Positions 18,790 through 28,683 of a stretch of DNA of 58,575 nucleotides are shown in pieces (the first letter of the stretch is position 1; every line of letters begins with the position of its first letter). The translations under genes and the position numbers were made by a program. This DNA is from Bdellovibrionales bacterium (GTDB lineage Bacteria > Bdellovibrionota > Bdellovibrionia > Bdellovibrionales > UBA840), in NCBI GenBank assembly GCA_037969075.1, contig JBBKWS010000123.1, forward strand, positions 1 through 58,575. The letters run 5' to 3'. Below the pieces are notes generated by a model. That model saw only the letters and a list, made by a program, of their open reading frames with translations, ran no database searches and had not been told where the DNA came from.

Positions 18790-19230
18790 CTAGCGATGAC
18801 AAATCCCTGGTGCATTAGGATATTGTCGAATACAGCGACCAGTTACACACTGTCCATCCGACATGCAGCTTTGAGGTACATATCTTTGTTGGCCACCCAC
18901 ATTTATTCCGTAGCTAGAGTGAGGAATGCTGGGCATCTGATTGTTCGGAATACAACCCATACCAAATGTAGGGTTTGCTACTGGTTGTGTATTTGGCGGA
19001 CAAGAAATTTGGTTGTACACACCGTTACCAGCGTAGCCTTGGTAATATCCATTATTCATAGGATATCCGTAGTTACCATAAAATGATTGTCCATTATAAT
19101 CAGATTGGCAGCCATAACCTTCGTATATGCATCTGTCTTGGGGCGTGATGCCTGCATCGGACGATGATTCATCATTACAAGCCAAGCAAGCTAGTAAACT
19201 AAGACCTAAAATTACCAAGTTTTTCTTCAT
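18790..19230 (-). CDS. Small Gly/Tyr/Asn/Gln-rich, Cys-rich lipoprotein (146 aa)
   Basis: I moved the start to the ATG at 19230 (AAGGAG 5 nt upstream), giving MKKNLVILGLSLLAC with a lipobox. The mature part is low-complexity (YGNYGYPMNNGYYQGYAGNGVYNQ) with about 10 Cys. Confidence 0.65.
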   Translation of the reverse strand: MKKNLVILGLSLLACLACNDESSSDAGITPQDRCIYEGYGCQSDYNGQSFYGNYGYPMNNGYYQGYAGNGVYNQISCPPNTQPVANPTFGMGCIPNNQMPSIPHSSYGINVGGQQRYVPQSCMSDGQCVTGRCIRQYPNAPGICHR

Positions 19231-19446
19231 AGAGACTCCTTTGTACTTGGCACTGAATTGCAACAAGCGTTCCGAAAGTGACAAAAAACGTCATAGGTTA
19301 AAAAATGCCTAGTCGTTTTACTAGGTTAGGGGGTTTTACTGGTCATGAATATTATACTTTATACTACAAATCATAGCGCAGGACTTGATGAAAAAAACTA
19401 CATTCCTGTAAGATTTATATTGGAGTTATAGACTGGCTGTTGTTAC

Positions 19447-22400
19447 ATGACTCAGACAAATGGGGGGCCACTGAAACGAATTTTATCTTCTATACTTATT
19501 ATGATTATGGCTACGGGTTGTAGTAAAGATGCGTCTGCGCCTAAGCTTGCCCCTAGACAACAGCGTGTGCCTGTTGAGGCTTGTTATAAAACTGATTTAG
19601 ATTTACGCCAATTAAAAACGTCCTCTGTTAGAAATTTGATAACTTGTCTCAATGGTAATGAGGGCGCTATTCAGCCTTATGCAGACTTTCTAGAGAAATC
19701 AGTTTCTGATAAAGATTTAAAAGTCTTACTTGATATTTACAATAAACATTTGGTTAAAGAATCTAGGTTTAGAAAAGTATTTGATTTTTTAGATCTAATC
19801 AATAAACAAGGTATGAGCCAAGATTTTTATAAAGACATATCCTATCTGACTCAAGTCAGAAGCTTACAAACACTTTTGCCGGTTCTTGCGATTTTATATC
19901 AAGCAGAAGAGTCTGGGGATCGCCCCATAGATGCTATAAGTGAATACCTTAGGGTGTTCATTGAAAAAGAAGAGATTAACAGGGCTTTAGTTAGCATAGC
20001 TAAACTTATGGGATCTGGCCGCAGTCGCTGGGCAACCTATATGGCGGTGACACTTTCATCTACCTATCCAAATGGAGTAGACGTTGTTGTTGATGATATA
20101 TCAGATGGTATTTATCAATCGATTCAAACGAATGGCTGGCAAGAGTTTCTGTTATTAGTCACAGACCCAATACTTCATCCAATCGTTTTGCAGATACTAA
20201 AAAATGAAGATGGCGTTGCAAAGTATGGGTCTTTTTTAAAGAGAATTTATAAAAATGAAAATAATAGCAATGCATTTGAATCATTAGTAGAGCTTAGTCG
20301 TGGAGCGAGTGCACCAACTGAGTGTTGGGATGCTAATGTAACCGCGAATGATTTATTTGGAACAATTTTTGATAAATTAGTGGGCTACAACACGAGTCAG
20401 GGTTTTAGTGCTGAGATACAGCAGAAAATACCGGCCCTTTATTTTATCGGACAAAAATCCTGCGCTTTTGATCAAAGGATTAAGCAAAACATTAAAATAC
20501 CAACTCTCTTAGCGCGAGAGGGCTATGCAGACGCTATGTTTAATACCGTTTCTAGCATGGCCGCCTACGATAGGTCTGTTTACTTAAAAAAACTACTGAC
20601 AAGTGCGAATATTAATAGCGTAAGCAGTCTCTTTGAAAACTTCTCGCATAGTGATATTTTTTATTATGTATTAGAGGTTTTAGAAAAAGATATGTCAGCG
20701 GATGATTTTATTAGTTTTCATAAAATGATCCGTAATATGTTTATCGAAGATCTGTCTGTGCTTGAATTAGAAAAATGGATGCGTACTGCGGATATATCTG
20801 TGCAAACAAAATCTTATATTTTAGATGTTTCTCAGCAAAACAGGTTTAGTCTTCACGCAGTAATTGATCATATGATGTCTATCGATAATAGTATGGATGC
20901 TAAAGCTTCTTATGCAGAGCTTATCTTGTATCTATCAGGGCAAGAGATGGGTGGGGCTCCAGGCTCTAAGTTACAGACAGTAATGCTTAAATTGTTTGGC
21001 CCTAATTATGTATTTCGCAGAAATTTAAAAGATTTTGTTAAAACCTATATTGAGAGTTTATCTAGAGAAGACGCCGGTTGGGGAGATTTGTTGGCTAGTG
21101 TTGGCGAAGCAATCGTACAAACTGGCGAAGCGCCATTTGTAGATTTCATTAAAGACCTAATCAATGACAAAGACTTTGTTGTGGCAATGAACCCAGTCCT
21201 TGAGAAGTATTTCAAAGATCCATTGTTTTTAAGAGCATTAGCCTTTACCGGAGAATTATCTGAAAATGGTGAGCTTAGAAGGCTTGTGAGTTTTTTTATC
21301 CAAGTAGCTAAGAGTATAGACGTACCAGGTTTAGATATATACCCCTCACCATACACATTTACCAAGTATCGTGGGCCTCTGAATGTATTTAAGAAAGATT
21401 TTACCCTTAAGAATAAAATCAATTCAGATTACTCTGCCTGTTGGAACTTGTTGGCGCCGAGTTCTAGTGAATTATGGGTAGATTTCATGAAGTGTACAAA
21501 CGCGAATGGTAGCTATCCTGTCTTTGAAGATCTTTTTACTAAACTTCATGACTATCCATATGGTAATGAAACCATACTCTCTGCGCTTACAAGAATGATT
21601 GATCAGTTGTTGGTGAAATTCTCAACATATAATTTTTTTGAATCACTAAAAAACAGTAGTCAAAGTTTGTCGACTCTACACATAGTATTTGAAGAAATTT
21701 TGAAAAAACACAATGTGTTTAGTTCTATGGATAAAATTTTATCAAATATTGCGCTCGATCCAATCTTTAATAAAACCCTCTCTCTCTTTGGCGACGTACT
21801 GTCTACTGATAATATAGCAGATCTGATTATTGACTATATACCAACTTATGAAAATAATTTACCCTTGTATTATTCAGTTCCTGCGATATTTTCATCTACA
21901 CTTAGTAACGCTGAAGAACTTTACGAAATAGCAAGCGACTGGAAAAAAGATCTAGATTACTCAGAGTTAGCTGAGTCTAAAGGGGATTTTGATAAGTTGT
22001 GGCTTCATTCCTCTCAAAACTTTATACTTCGTAACCATTCGTACTACTATCAAAGCGGTGTATATGAAGTTCCTCCTGCGGAAGATATAGGTAAAAAATA
22101 TTTTTATAGTGAACATTTATTAAATTTTTTAAAGCAATCGCAAAGGCAGGGTGATTTAGAAGGATTAATCACAGCATTTAAAGATCTGCAAAGCGAAAAA
22201 TTTTCTTTTACTAACTTGTTTCATTGGATGGTAGGAGAGCAGAAGGTAATCAAATACTATTCTTTTTCGAATAAAAAACCTACGATTAGATTAGTCACTC
22301 CAGCAGATCAGTTAGAAATTCTAGTGCAGAATGCTCAGATAGGTGTAGCTTCATGGGCAGGAAATCTGGGGGTAGACCACATTGCTACATTTTTTCAATA

Positions 22401-23532
22401 CGAAATAGCGACAAGCACAGATTTAGATAAAACTTTAAAAAAACTAAAAAGTAAAATATCACAAGGTATAACGTATGAAACAATTAGCGGTAATCGAAGA
22501 AAGCTTAATAATTTAAAAAACATTAAAGAAACTTTTTCTGTTCTTGAAGATATGAATGCCAAGGGTCATTTGCGATTTTTGCAAATGATTTATAAAAAAT
22601 TATTAGACGCTACTCCTGAAGAGTATCGCAAAAAACAAGACCCTAATTTAAATCATATGGGGCTTGCGCACTTACCATCGCAGATTGGATTGTTTTCTAG
22701 GTTGGTTCATGGTCTTGAAATTTTAGAGAGTCAAAATAAAATAGAAGCGTTCACTATTAGCTTTGAATCCATGTTGCAAGCGCTAGATACAGATAGTGTC
22801 AGTAGCATTCGTCGTTCTTTAGGTTTACTGCTTGAGAATGATGGACATAAATTTTCTACTATATTTGATTTGTATTGGCAGCACTCAGAAGGTGGTGGTG
22901 GATCTGTAATTTCTGAAAATGTATTATCCATTTTAAATTTACTTCCGACAAATGACATATCACTATTATCTTTATTGAAGTCCGCAGAGCAAATTTTAGG
23001 GAATTCATCTAGTTTTATATTTTTGAGTAATAAATTATTCGAAATAGCTTCTGATAAAAATTCTTTTAGCATTAAATTTTTGAATACCCTTAACTACACT
23101 AATTTGCCGATTGTTAAAAATTCGTTACTTAGGAGTATCTTGTTTTCTCAAGATTCATTGGTAGATAAGTTGTCATATTTGTTTGTAGTTGCTTATTTCC
23201 GGGACGCTAAGTCGGTGGAAGAGGGGTACAGTGTGGTTAGTGCTATTGTTCGTGACGAGGACATAGACTATAGTCGTATGAGGAAGGCTCTTTCTGATTT
23301 AGCTGCTACTGAAAGTAAAAACCCTACTATTCTTCCATATTTTTCTGAGATTTTAAAAGACAAGGTAATGGTAGATATTTTGGCTAATACTATTTACGCC
23401 ACAACTAAGACAGGCCTTACTCAAGATCTTGCTAGAGAGTATGTGAATTTTATGATTGATGGCGATTTTGAATCTCTTCTAGAGTACCTCGATGCATTCA
23501 AACCTTCGCATAGTCGAGTTAGTAACTTTTAG
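19447..23532 (+). CDS. Giant (1361 aa) predicted lipoprotein, apparently all-helical, unknown function
   Basis: The leader ILIMIMATGC has a lipobox. The frame stays open for 4.1 kb with coding-like composition. I found no catalytic motif (no HExxH, P-loop or GDSG). It contains scattered Cys and a GGGGS linker near residue 1140. Confidence 0.75.
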   Translation: MTQTNGGPLKRILSSILIMIMATGCSKDASAPKLAPRQQRVPVEACYKTDLDLRQLKTSSVRNLITCLNGNEGAIQPYADFLEKSVSDKDLKVLLDIYNKHLVKESRFRKVFDFLDLINKQGMSQDFYKDISYLTQVRSLQTLLPVLAILYQAEESGDRPIDAISEYLRVFIEKEEINRALVSIAKLMGSGRSRWATYMAVTLSSTYPNGVDVVVDDISDGIYQSIQTNGWQEFLLLVTDPILHPIVLQILKNEDGVAKYGSFLKRIYKNENNSNAFESLVELSRGASAPTECWDANVTANDLFGTIFDKLVGYNTSQGFSAEIQQKIPALYFIGQKSCAFDQRIKQNIKIPTLLAREGYADAMFNTVSSMAAYDRSVYLKKLLTSANINSVSSLFENFSHSDIFYYVLEVLEKDMSADDFISFHKMIRNMFIEDLSVLELEKWMRTADISVQTKSYILDVSQQNRFSLHAVIDHMMSIDNSMDAKASYAELILYLSGQEMGGAPGSKLQTVMLKLFGPNYVFRRNLKDFVKTYIESLSREDAGWGDLLASVGEAIVQTGEAPFVDFIKDLINDKDFVVAMNPVLEKYFKDPLFLRALAFTGELSENGELRRLVSFFIQVAKSIDVPGLDIYPSPYTFTKYRGPLNVFKKDFTLKNKINSDYSACWNLLAPSSSELWVDFMKCTNANGSYPVFEDLFTKLHDYPYGNETILSALTRMIDQLLVKFSTYNFFESLKNSSQSLSTLHIVFEEILKKHNVFSSMDKILSNIALDPIFNKTLSLFGDVLSTDNIADLIIDYIPTYENNLPLYYSVPAIFSSTLSNAEELYEIASDWKKDLDYSELAESKGDFDKLWLHSSQNFILRNHSYYYQSGVYEVPPAEDIGKKYFYSEHLLNFLKQSQRQGDLEGLITAFKDLQSEKFSFTNLFHWMVGEQKVIKYYSFSNKKPTIRLVTPADQLEILVQNAQIGVASWAGNLGVDHIATFFQYEIATSTDLDKTLKKLKSKISQGITYETISGNRRKLNNLKNIKETFSVLEDMNAKGHLRFLQMIYKKLLDATPEEYRKKQDPNLNHMGLAHLPSQIGLFSRLVHGLEILESQNKIEAFTISFESMLQALDTDSVSSIRRSLGLLLENDGHKFSTIFDLYWQHSEGGGGSVISENVLSILNLLPTNDISLLSLLKSAEQILGNSSSFIFLSNKLFEIASDKNSFSIKFLNTLNYTNLPIVKNSLLRSILFSQDSLVDKLSYLFVVAYFRDAKSVEEGYSVVSAIVRDEDIDYSRMRKALSDLAATESKNPTILPYFSEILKDKVMVDILANTIYATTKTGLTQDLAREYVNFMIDGDFESLLEYLDAFKPSHSRVSNF

Positions 23533-23564
23533 ACATAAAAGTATATTTCTAATATAATAAGACT

Positions 23565-24305
23565 ATGGGATTTATTTTACTTCTACTTTTGACCGGGCAA
23601 GTGCAGGCAAGAGTTTTTAATCTTCATAATGAACACTTTGCCCCCTACTTCAGGGGCAGCATAGCTATGTCTAGTTTAGGCGATAGTTCCTTCGGTGGTT
23701 CTAGTGGCGCAGCTACTGAGTTTTCAGAAACACCAGAGTATAACTATACAGGAGAGGCGGGGTTTTTATTTACTTCTGCGCGGGTAGGCTTTACTGCAGG
23801 AGTAGAGTTTTTGGGGGCGTCATCTGTTTCTCAAACAGGTACGGATGCTTCTGGAACAGAGTTAATGGACTTAGAATCTAAGGTCAGGGGCACAATATTA
23901 AAAGCGGGTGTTCTTTGGCATTATAAACTAGGACCGACGTTCAGGGCATATGTTGCATTTAATGGTGGCCTTGCAGATTTAAAGCTACAAAATAATTATG
24001 AGTTAACTTCTGCAGGCACTGCTGCTTATTCGCTTACAACTGTAGATGAGAAAGCTGTGGCGCAATCAATTTTAGCCGAGATATTATTTGGATTCGAATT
24101 TAATTTGGCAGATGTAAGTACCATGCTTATTGAGGGTGGATACAGAGATCTTCGTGTGGATAAATGGGAGTATAAGGGGAGCGGCACCAGTTTTATAGGG
24201 CCCTACGCCGACGGAGATGCTGTTACAAATCATGATGGTACCAATAGAAAATCTAATTTAGGTGGTTGGTTGATTGCTATAGGATTTAGATTTTATATTA
24301 ACTAA
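23565..24305 (+). CDS. Small outer-membrane beta-barrel protein (246 aa)
   Basis: Has a signal peptide (LLLLLTGQVQA/R), alternating hydrophobic beta-strand pattern, Gly/aromatic-rich strands, and a C-terminal strand WLIAIGFRFYIN. It begins 32 nt after the giant lipoprotein gene. Confidence 0.6.
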   Translation: MGFILLLLLTGQVQARVFNLHNEHFAPYFRGSIAMSSLGDSSFGGSSGAATEFSETPEYNYTGEAGFLFTSARVGFTAGVEFLGASSVSQTGTDASGTELMDLESKVRGTILKAGVLWHYKLGPTFRAYVAFNGGLADLKLQNNYELTSAGTAAYSLTTVDEKAVAQSILAEILFGFEFNLADVSTMLIEGGYRDLRVDKWEYKGSGTSFIGPYADGDAVTNHDGTNRKSNLGGWLIAIGFRFYIN

Positions 24306-26092
24306 AAGGTGCTAGCATCCACACCATAAAGTGCATTAATAATATCTTTATACTTTTCATCACAAAATTTTCTTCGTACTTTCATTGATGGAGTCAATTC
24401 TCCATCTGCAATAGTAAAATCTGAATTCAAAATTGAAAAATTCTTGATCGTTTCAAAACTTGCTAACTGCTGATTTACATCCGAAATTGCTCCTCTAATA
24501 ATACGAAGAACTTCTGTATGCGTACTTAAGCTGGATGGGTTAGTAAACGAAATACCTTTTTTTAACAACTCAGATTGGATGATTTCTATATTAAGGGTAA
24601 TTAAACACACAATGTATTTTTTTTGATCGCCATGCACTAAGACATTAGATATGTATTTATTTAACTTTAATAAATTCTCAAGCTTCTGAGGGGCAACATA
24701 TTTTCCACCTGATGTCTTGATCAGATCTTTTTTTCGATCTGTTATTTTTAAAAAACCATCGTGGGTTAATGTGCCGATGTCGCCTGTATGAAACCAACCA
24801 TCATTAATAACTTCTTCAGTGGCCTCGTTGTTCTTATAATATCCCGTCATAACTTTTTGGCTACGAATTAGAATTTCTCCATCTTCTAAAAAGCTAATTT
24901 CTACATCACCAATAGGCTTTCCCACAGTTCCAAATTTATAGGCATAAGGTGCATTAAAAGTAACCCCGCCGGATGTCTCGGTAAGGCCATAGCCTTCAAG
25001 AACTAAAAGACCTGCTGCATGAAAAAATTCAGCAATCTCTTGAGATAAAGGGGCCCCACCGGCAATTGCGTAACGAATTCTTCCGCCCATCTTTTCAATT
25101 AATTTATCAAACACTATTTTTTTAGCTATTTTGTACTTAGCCAGCAAATCAAAGGGCAGGTTTTCATTTTGTGAGGTTCTTTTGTTTACTTCTTTGCCAA
25201 TGCCGACGGCCCATTTAAATAGCTTGTGTCTTAGTGGGCTTGCTTCAGCTTGCGAGATTACCCCGTTATAAATTTTTTCGAAGATTCGAGGTACACTAAC
25301 TAAAAATGTTGGTTTTATAGTTATAAAGTTGTTGCGTAATGTTTCAACGTTCTCTGCATAACCCATCGTAAACCCTGCGTAGGCATGACCCCATACTTCT
25401 ACTCTTCCCATAATATGTGCCATAGGTAAAAAGCTTAGTGAGGTGTCTTGTTGGTTAATGTTAACTAACGCAAACACATCCTTAACCTCACTTAAAATCT
25501 GGCGGTGAGTAAGCATAACACCTTTTGGCTTTCCTGTTGTCCCCGAGGTATATACAATAGTCGCCAAATCATCTATTTTTATGCTACCGATAGTTTCTCG
25601 CATTTTTTCTACAATAGTATCATCATAGCCAATTTTCATGGCGTCGTTCCATAAAAATAATTTTTTTACATCAGGATCTACTACGTGATCAAAACACAGA
25701 ACGGTAGTTATAGATTTTACTTTGTCATGTATAGCTTTCCACTTTTCATAATTTTCTTGGCTATCAATAATGAGAATTTTTGCACCACTATTAGTTAAAA
25801 CATATTCAATATCTTCGGTTGTATTACTGGCATATATCGGAACGGTGACACCGCCCAATGATAAAATAGCAAAATCACTGATTCCCCATTGATACCTAGT
25901 GGCAGACATTATAGCGATCTTGTCTTTACTCTTTGCGCCCTGCTTAGTTAAGAATGAGCTAATACAAGCAACTTTTTGTTGGTAGTTCTTCCAAGTGTCT
26001 TTTAACCAGGTAGTATTTTTATATATAACTGATACTTCATTAGGATATGAGTCTATTGTTTTTAAAAAATATTTACAGATGTCTTCAGTCAT
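24302..26092 (-). CDS. fadD: Long-chain fatty acid--CoA ligase (AMP-forming, FadD/LACS type)
   Basis: Contains the AMP-binding signature YTSGTTGKPKGV, GYGLTET, TGDIG and DRKKDLIKTSGGKYV. At 596 aa it resembles the long LACS-like subgroup. Confidence 0.85.
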   Translation of the reverse strand: MTEDICKYFLKTIDSYPNEVSVIYKNTTWLKDTWKNYQQKVACISSFLTKQGAKSKDKIAIMSATRYQWGISDFAILSLGGVTVPIYASNTTEDIEYVLTNSGAKILIIDSQENYEKWKAIHDKVKSITTVLCFDHVVDPDVKKLFLWNDAMKIGYDDTIVEKMRETIGSIKIDDLATIVYTSGTTGKPKGVMLTHRQILSEVKDVFALVNINQQDTSLSFLPMAHIMGRVEVWGHAYAGFTMGYAENVETLRNNFITIKPTFLVSVPRIFEKIYNGVISQAEASPLRHKLFKWAVGIGKEVNKRTSQNENLPFDLLAKYKIAKKIVFDKLIEKMGGRIRYAIAGGAPLSQEIAEFFHAAGLLVLEGYGLTETSGGVTFNAPYAYKFGTVGKPIGDVEISFLEDGEILIRSQKVMTGYYKNNEATEEVINDGWFHTGDIGTLTHDGFLKITDRKKDLIKTSGGKYVAPQKLENLLKLNKYISNVLVHGDQKKYIVCLITLNIEIIQSELLKKGISFTNPSSLSTHTEVLRIIRGAISDVNQQLASFETIKNFSILNSDFTIADGELTPSMKVRRKFCDEKYKDIINALYGVDASTF

Positions 26093-26112
26093 AAGTTGTA
26101 TCTCAATTGCTG

Positions 26113-27963
26113 CTATCTCTTCTTTGGAAATAAATTGATCTGTTGGTGCGTATCTTCTCTAACACTTATAGTGCTTTCATCATAGGCCTTACTTATTGGA
26201 TTAATAGCTTTAATAGTAACACGCGATGAGGCAGGTACTGCATACCTTGTAACAGGTGGTTTTTCTAGTATTTTTGTTCCATTGATATATATATCAACAT
26301 TTGGAACGGGTACATATATGGTTACATAGCCAACTTTTGATTTTTGCAATGTACCTTGAAACTGTTGCCCATTTGCCGTGGGCACAATTTGTTTTCTATA
26401 ATCTAAGTAACCATCTTTACGTAAAGAAAGTGTAAAGGCTGTGTTAGGTTTTATTCTTATGCGCCCAGGAGTAAAAAAGCTAGTGTCAGTTTCGTCGATA
26501 TAAATTCTGGCTCCTGGAGGAGAGGACTTAACATGAAAAGTATATTCTTGTGCCTGTGCAGCTGTTGTTGTATCCGAGTTAACTGACGCCACAACCTTTG
26601 TTTCGTTTGAAATAAGTCCCATGGCTACTTTTAATTCAAGCAATGCCTGTTGGTCATAGTACAAATATCCTGCGGTAACAAGAATAGCCAGCGATAAAAG
26701 AAGCGTGAAGACATTGTTTTTACCAGGCTGCTCTACGGTAATAGTATAATTAGTATTATTGGGATTTCCATATGAATACCCGGGATTAGTCTGCGATACT
26801 GATTTAGCTGAATTTCTTCTGAAATTTTTAGAAACAGATCGTTCGTCCAAAGCTATGGCACTTTTGAAATCTAAGTCTTGTGTCAGTTTACTATCATTTA
26901 GTGAAATCATGGCATTTTGTACGCCGCCAATATCACTGGCAGTATTAGTAATTGTTCTTGTTGCCTCATTTTGCTCATAGCTTTCTCTAGAGACAGTGAT
27001 TTTTGCGAACTCAATTAGTTTATCTCTCATCTCCATGATTTCTTGTAAGTATATTTTTTTAATGAACTGCGAAAAATCTTGGCTAGTGTACTCGTGAAAA
27101 TGTTTGTTTAGAAACTTATTTAAATCACGATGTAAATCAGATGCGGATTGATAACGTAAGCTTCGATCACGAGCAAGTGCTTTATTGACGATAGCTTCTA
27201 GGTCTACATGGACTTCTGGATTGATTTTTGAAATCGGTGGAATGTGGCAATCACGAATTTTTTTGATGGTATTTAGTTCGTTATTAGCTAAAAATAATCT
27301 ATCATTAGCTAGCATTTCCCATAATAATATACCTAAAGAGAATATATCAGTTCGGTAATCTAACTCTAATCCTTCAGCTTGCTCAGGACTCATGTAGCCA
27401 AACTTACCTTTTAGAGTTCCAGCTTGTGTAGCCTCTAGTTTACTCTCCGCTTTTGCAATACCAAAATCTACGATTTTTACTTCGCCCTCATAACTTACCA
27501 TTACGTTTTGCGGACTCATATCACGATGTATGATATTTAAAGGCTTACCTGTAGATCTATCAATAAACCTATGTGCATAATCAAGGCCTTTAGCTACTTC
27601 ATTCATTATATAAATAACATGCTCAAGCGGAAGTGTCTGACTTTGCTTTTTAATTTTATTTATGAGTTGTCTAAGATTCTTTCCATGGACGTATTCCATA
27701 GCCAGGTAGAATTGTTGTTTGCTTGAGCCAAATTCATAGATAGGAACGATATTTGTATGATTTATGTTAATGGCAATTTTAGCTTCAGCCTTAAACATTT
27801 CTATAAAATCTTCGTTAGTGGTGTATTGTGGTAAGATTCTTTTTATAGCTAGAAATTTTGACACGCCCTCAGTGCCTGGAGCCTTAGCAAGATATACTTC
27901 TGCCATACCGCCGGAAGCAACTTTTTCAAGTAATACATATGGTCCGCAAGTTTCAAACTGCAC
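26113..27963 (-). CDS. Ser/Thr protein kinase with TM segment and C-terminal PEGA-like domain
   Basis: Hanks kinase motifs are present: G-loop ASGGMAEVY, AIKRI, HRDMSPQNV, DFGIAK and GYMSPEQ. There is one TM (FTLLLSLAILVTAGYLYY), and the extracytoplasmic part contains VKSSPPGARIYIDE (PEGA pattern). Confidence 0.85.
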   Translation of the reverse strand: MQFETCGPYVLLEKVASGGMAEVYLAKAPGTEGVSKFLAIKRILPQYTTNEDFIEMFKAEAKIAININHTNIVPIYEFGSSKQQFYLAMEYVHGKNLRQLINKIKKQSQTLPLEHVIYIMNEVAKGLDYAHRFIDRSTGKPLNIIHRDMSPQNVMVSYEGEVKIVDFGIAKAESKLEATQAGTLKGKFGYMSPEQAEGLELDYRTDIFSLGILLWEMLANDRLFLANNELNTIKKIRDCHIPPISKINPEVHVDLEAIVNKALARDRSLRYQSASDLHRDLNKFLNKHFHEYTSQDFSQFIKKIYLQEIMEMRDKLIEFAKITVSRESYEQNEATRTITNTASDIGGVQNAMISLNDSKLTQDLDFKSAIALDERSVSKNFRRNSAKSVSQTNPGYSYGNPNNTNYTITVEQPGKNNVFTLLLSLAILVTAGYLYYDQQALLELKVAMGLISNETKVVASVNSDTTTAAQAQEYTFHVKSSPPGARIYIDETDTSFFTPGRIRIKPNTAFTLSLRKDGYLDYRKQIVPTANGQQFQGTLQKSKVGYVTIYVPVPNVDIYINGTKILEKPPVTRYAVPASSRVTIKAINPISKAYDESTISVREDTHQQINLFPKKR

Positions 27964-28092
27964 TGTTACCTCGCTATATGTATGTATCGTAACTTTTTCC
28001 TTAGTAGTTTAGGCGGCTTAGACCAGTTCTTTATAAAATTTCTAGTTTTTTATCTAACTAGATCATGCTAAAGTCTGGGGGGGAGGCTGAGA

Positions 28093-28683
28093 ATGAAATG
28101 GTTTGGTCTGACAGGTGGTCTAGGTTGTGGTAAATCGTTGGTTACCGAAATTATTCGAAAAAATGGATACCCGGTAGTTGATGCCGATCGTATTGTTCAT
28201 CATTTTTACGATACAGATCAAGATCTGAGGTTAGAGTTATCGCATGAGTTTGGCTTAGATATTTTTTTAGAAGGTAAGTTAAATCGAGAAAAATTAGCCG
28301 AAATTATAAAATCAGATATATCAAAGAAAAAAGTTTTAGAAAATCTCATTCATCCAAAGGTAAAATCAAAAGTAGCTGAAATCAAAGAAAGATTATCCCG
28401 TAATCATGCTAAAATGGCATTTTATGATGTTCCTCTGCTTTTTGAAAATAATATTCAAACAGATTTTGAAGCTACTATTTTTATAAACGCACCGATTGAA
28501 ATGGTGTATAAAAGGTTGGAGGTTCGCAATGGCTGGTCTAAGCAAGAGGTAAATTTACGTCTCTCATGGCTTTTATCGAATAAAGAAAAAGCTAAGCGCG
28601 CTACCTATGTTATTGAGAATGACAGCTCGATATCTTCGCTAGAAACTAAGATAGAAGATTTATTAAAAAAAATAGTTATATGA
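28093..28683 (+). CDS. coaE: Dephospho-CoA kinase
   Basis: P-loop GLTGGLGCGKS at the N-terminus, VDADRI, DVPLLFE. Length is 196 aa. Confidence 0.88.
   Translation: MKWFGLTGGLGCGKSLVTEIIRKNGYPVVDADRIVHHFYDTDQDLRLELSHEFGLDIFLEGKLNREKLAEIIKSDISKKKVLENLIHPKVKSKVAEIKERLSRNHAKMAFYDVPLLFENNIQTDFEATIFINAPIEMVYKRLEVRNGWSKQEVNLRLSWLLSNKEKAKRATYVIENDSSISSLETKIEDLLKKIVI

Noticed and set aside
21045-21422. 125-aa and 113-aa (22731-23072) minus-strand ORFs inside the giant lipoprotein gene, and 34800-35264 inside addB
   Set aside because: All are antisense to long, uninterrupted, better-supported ORFs, with no RBS and low-complexity Ser/Leu-rich products.
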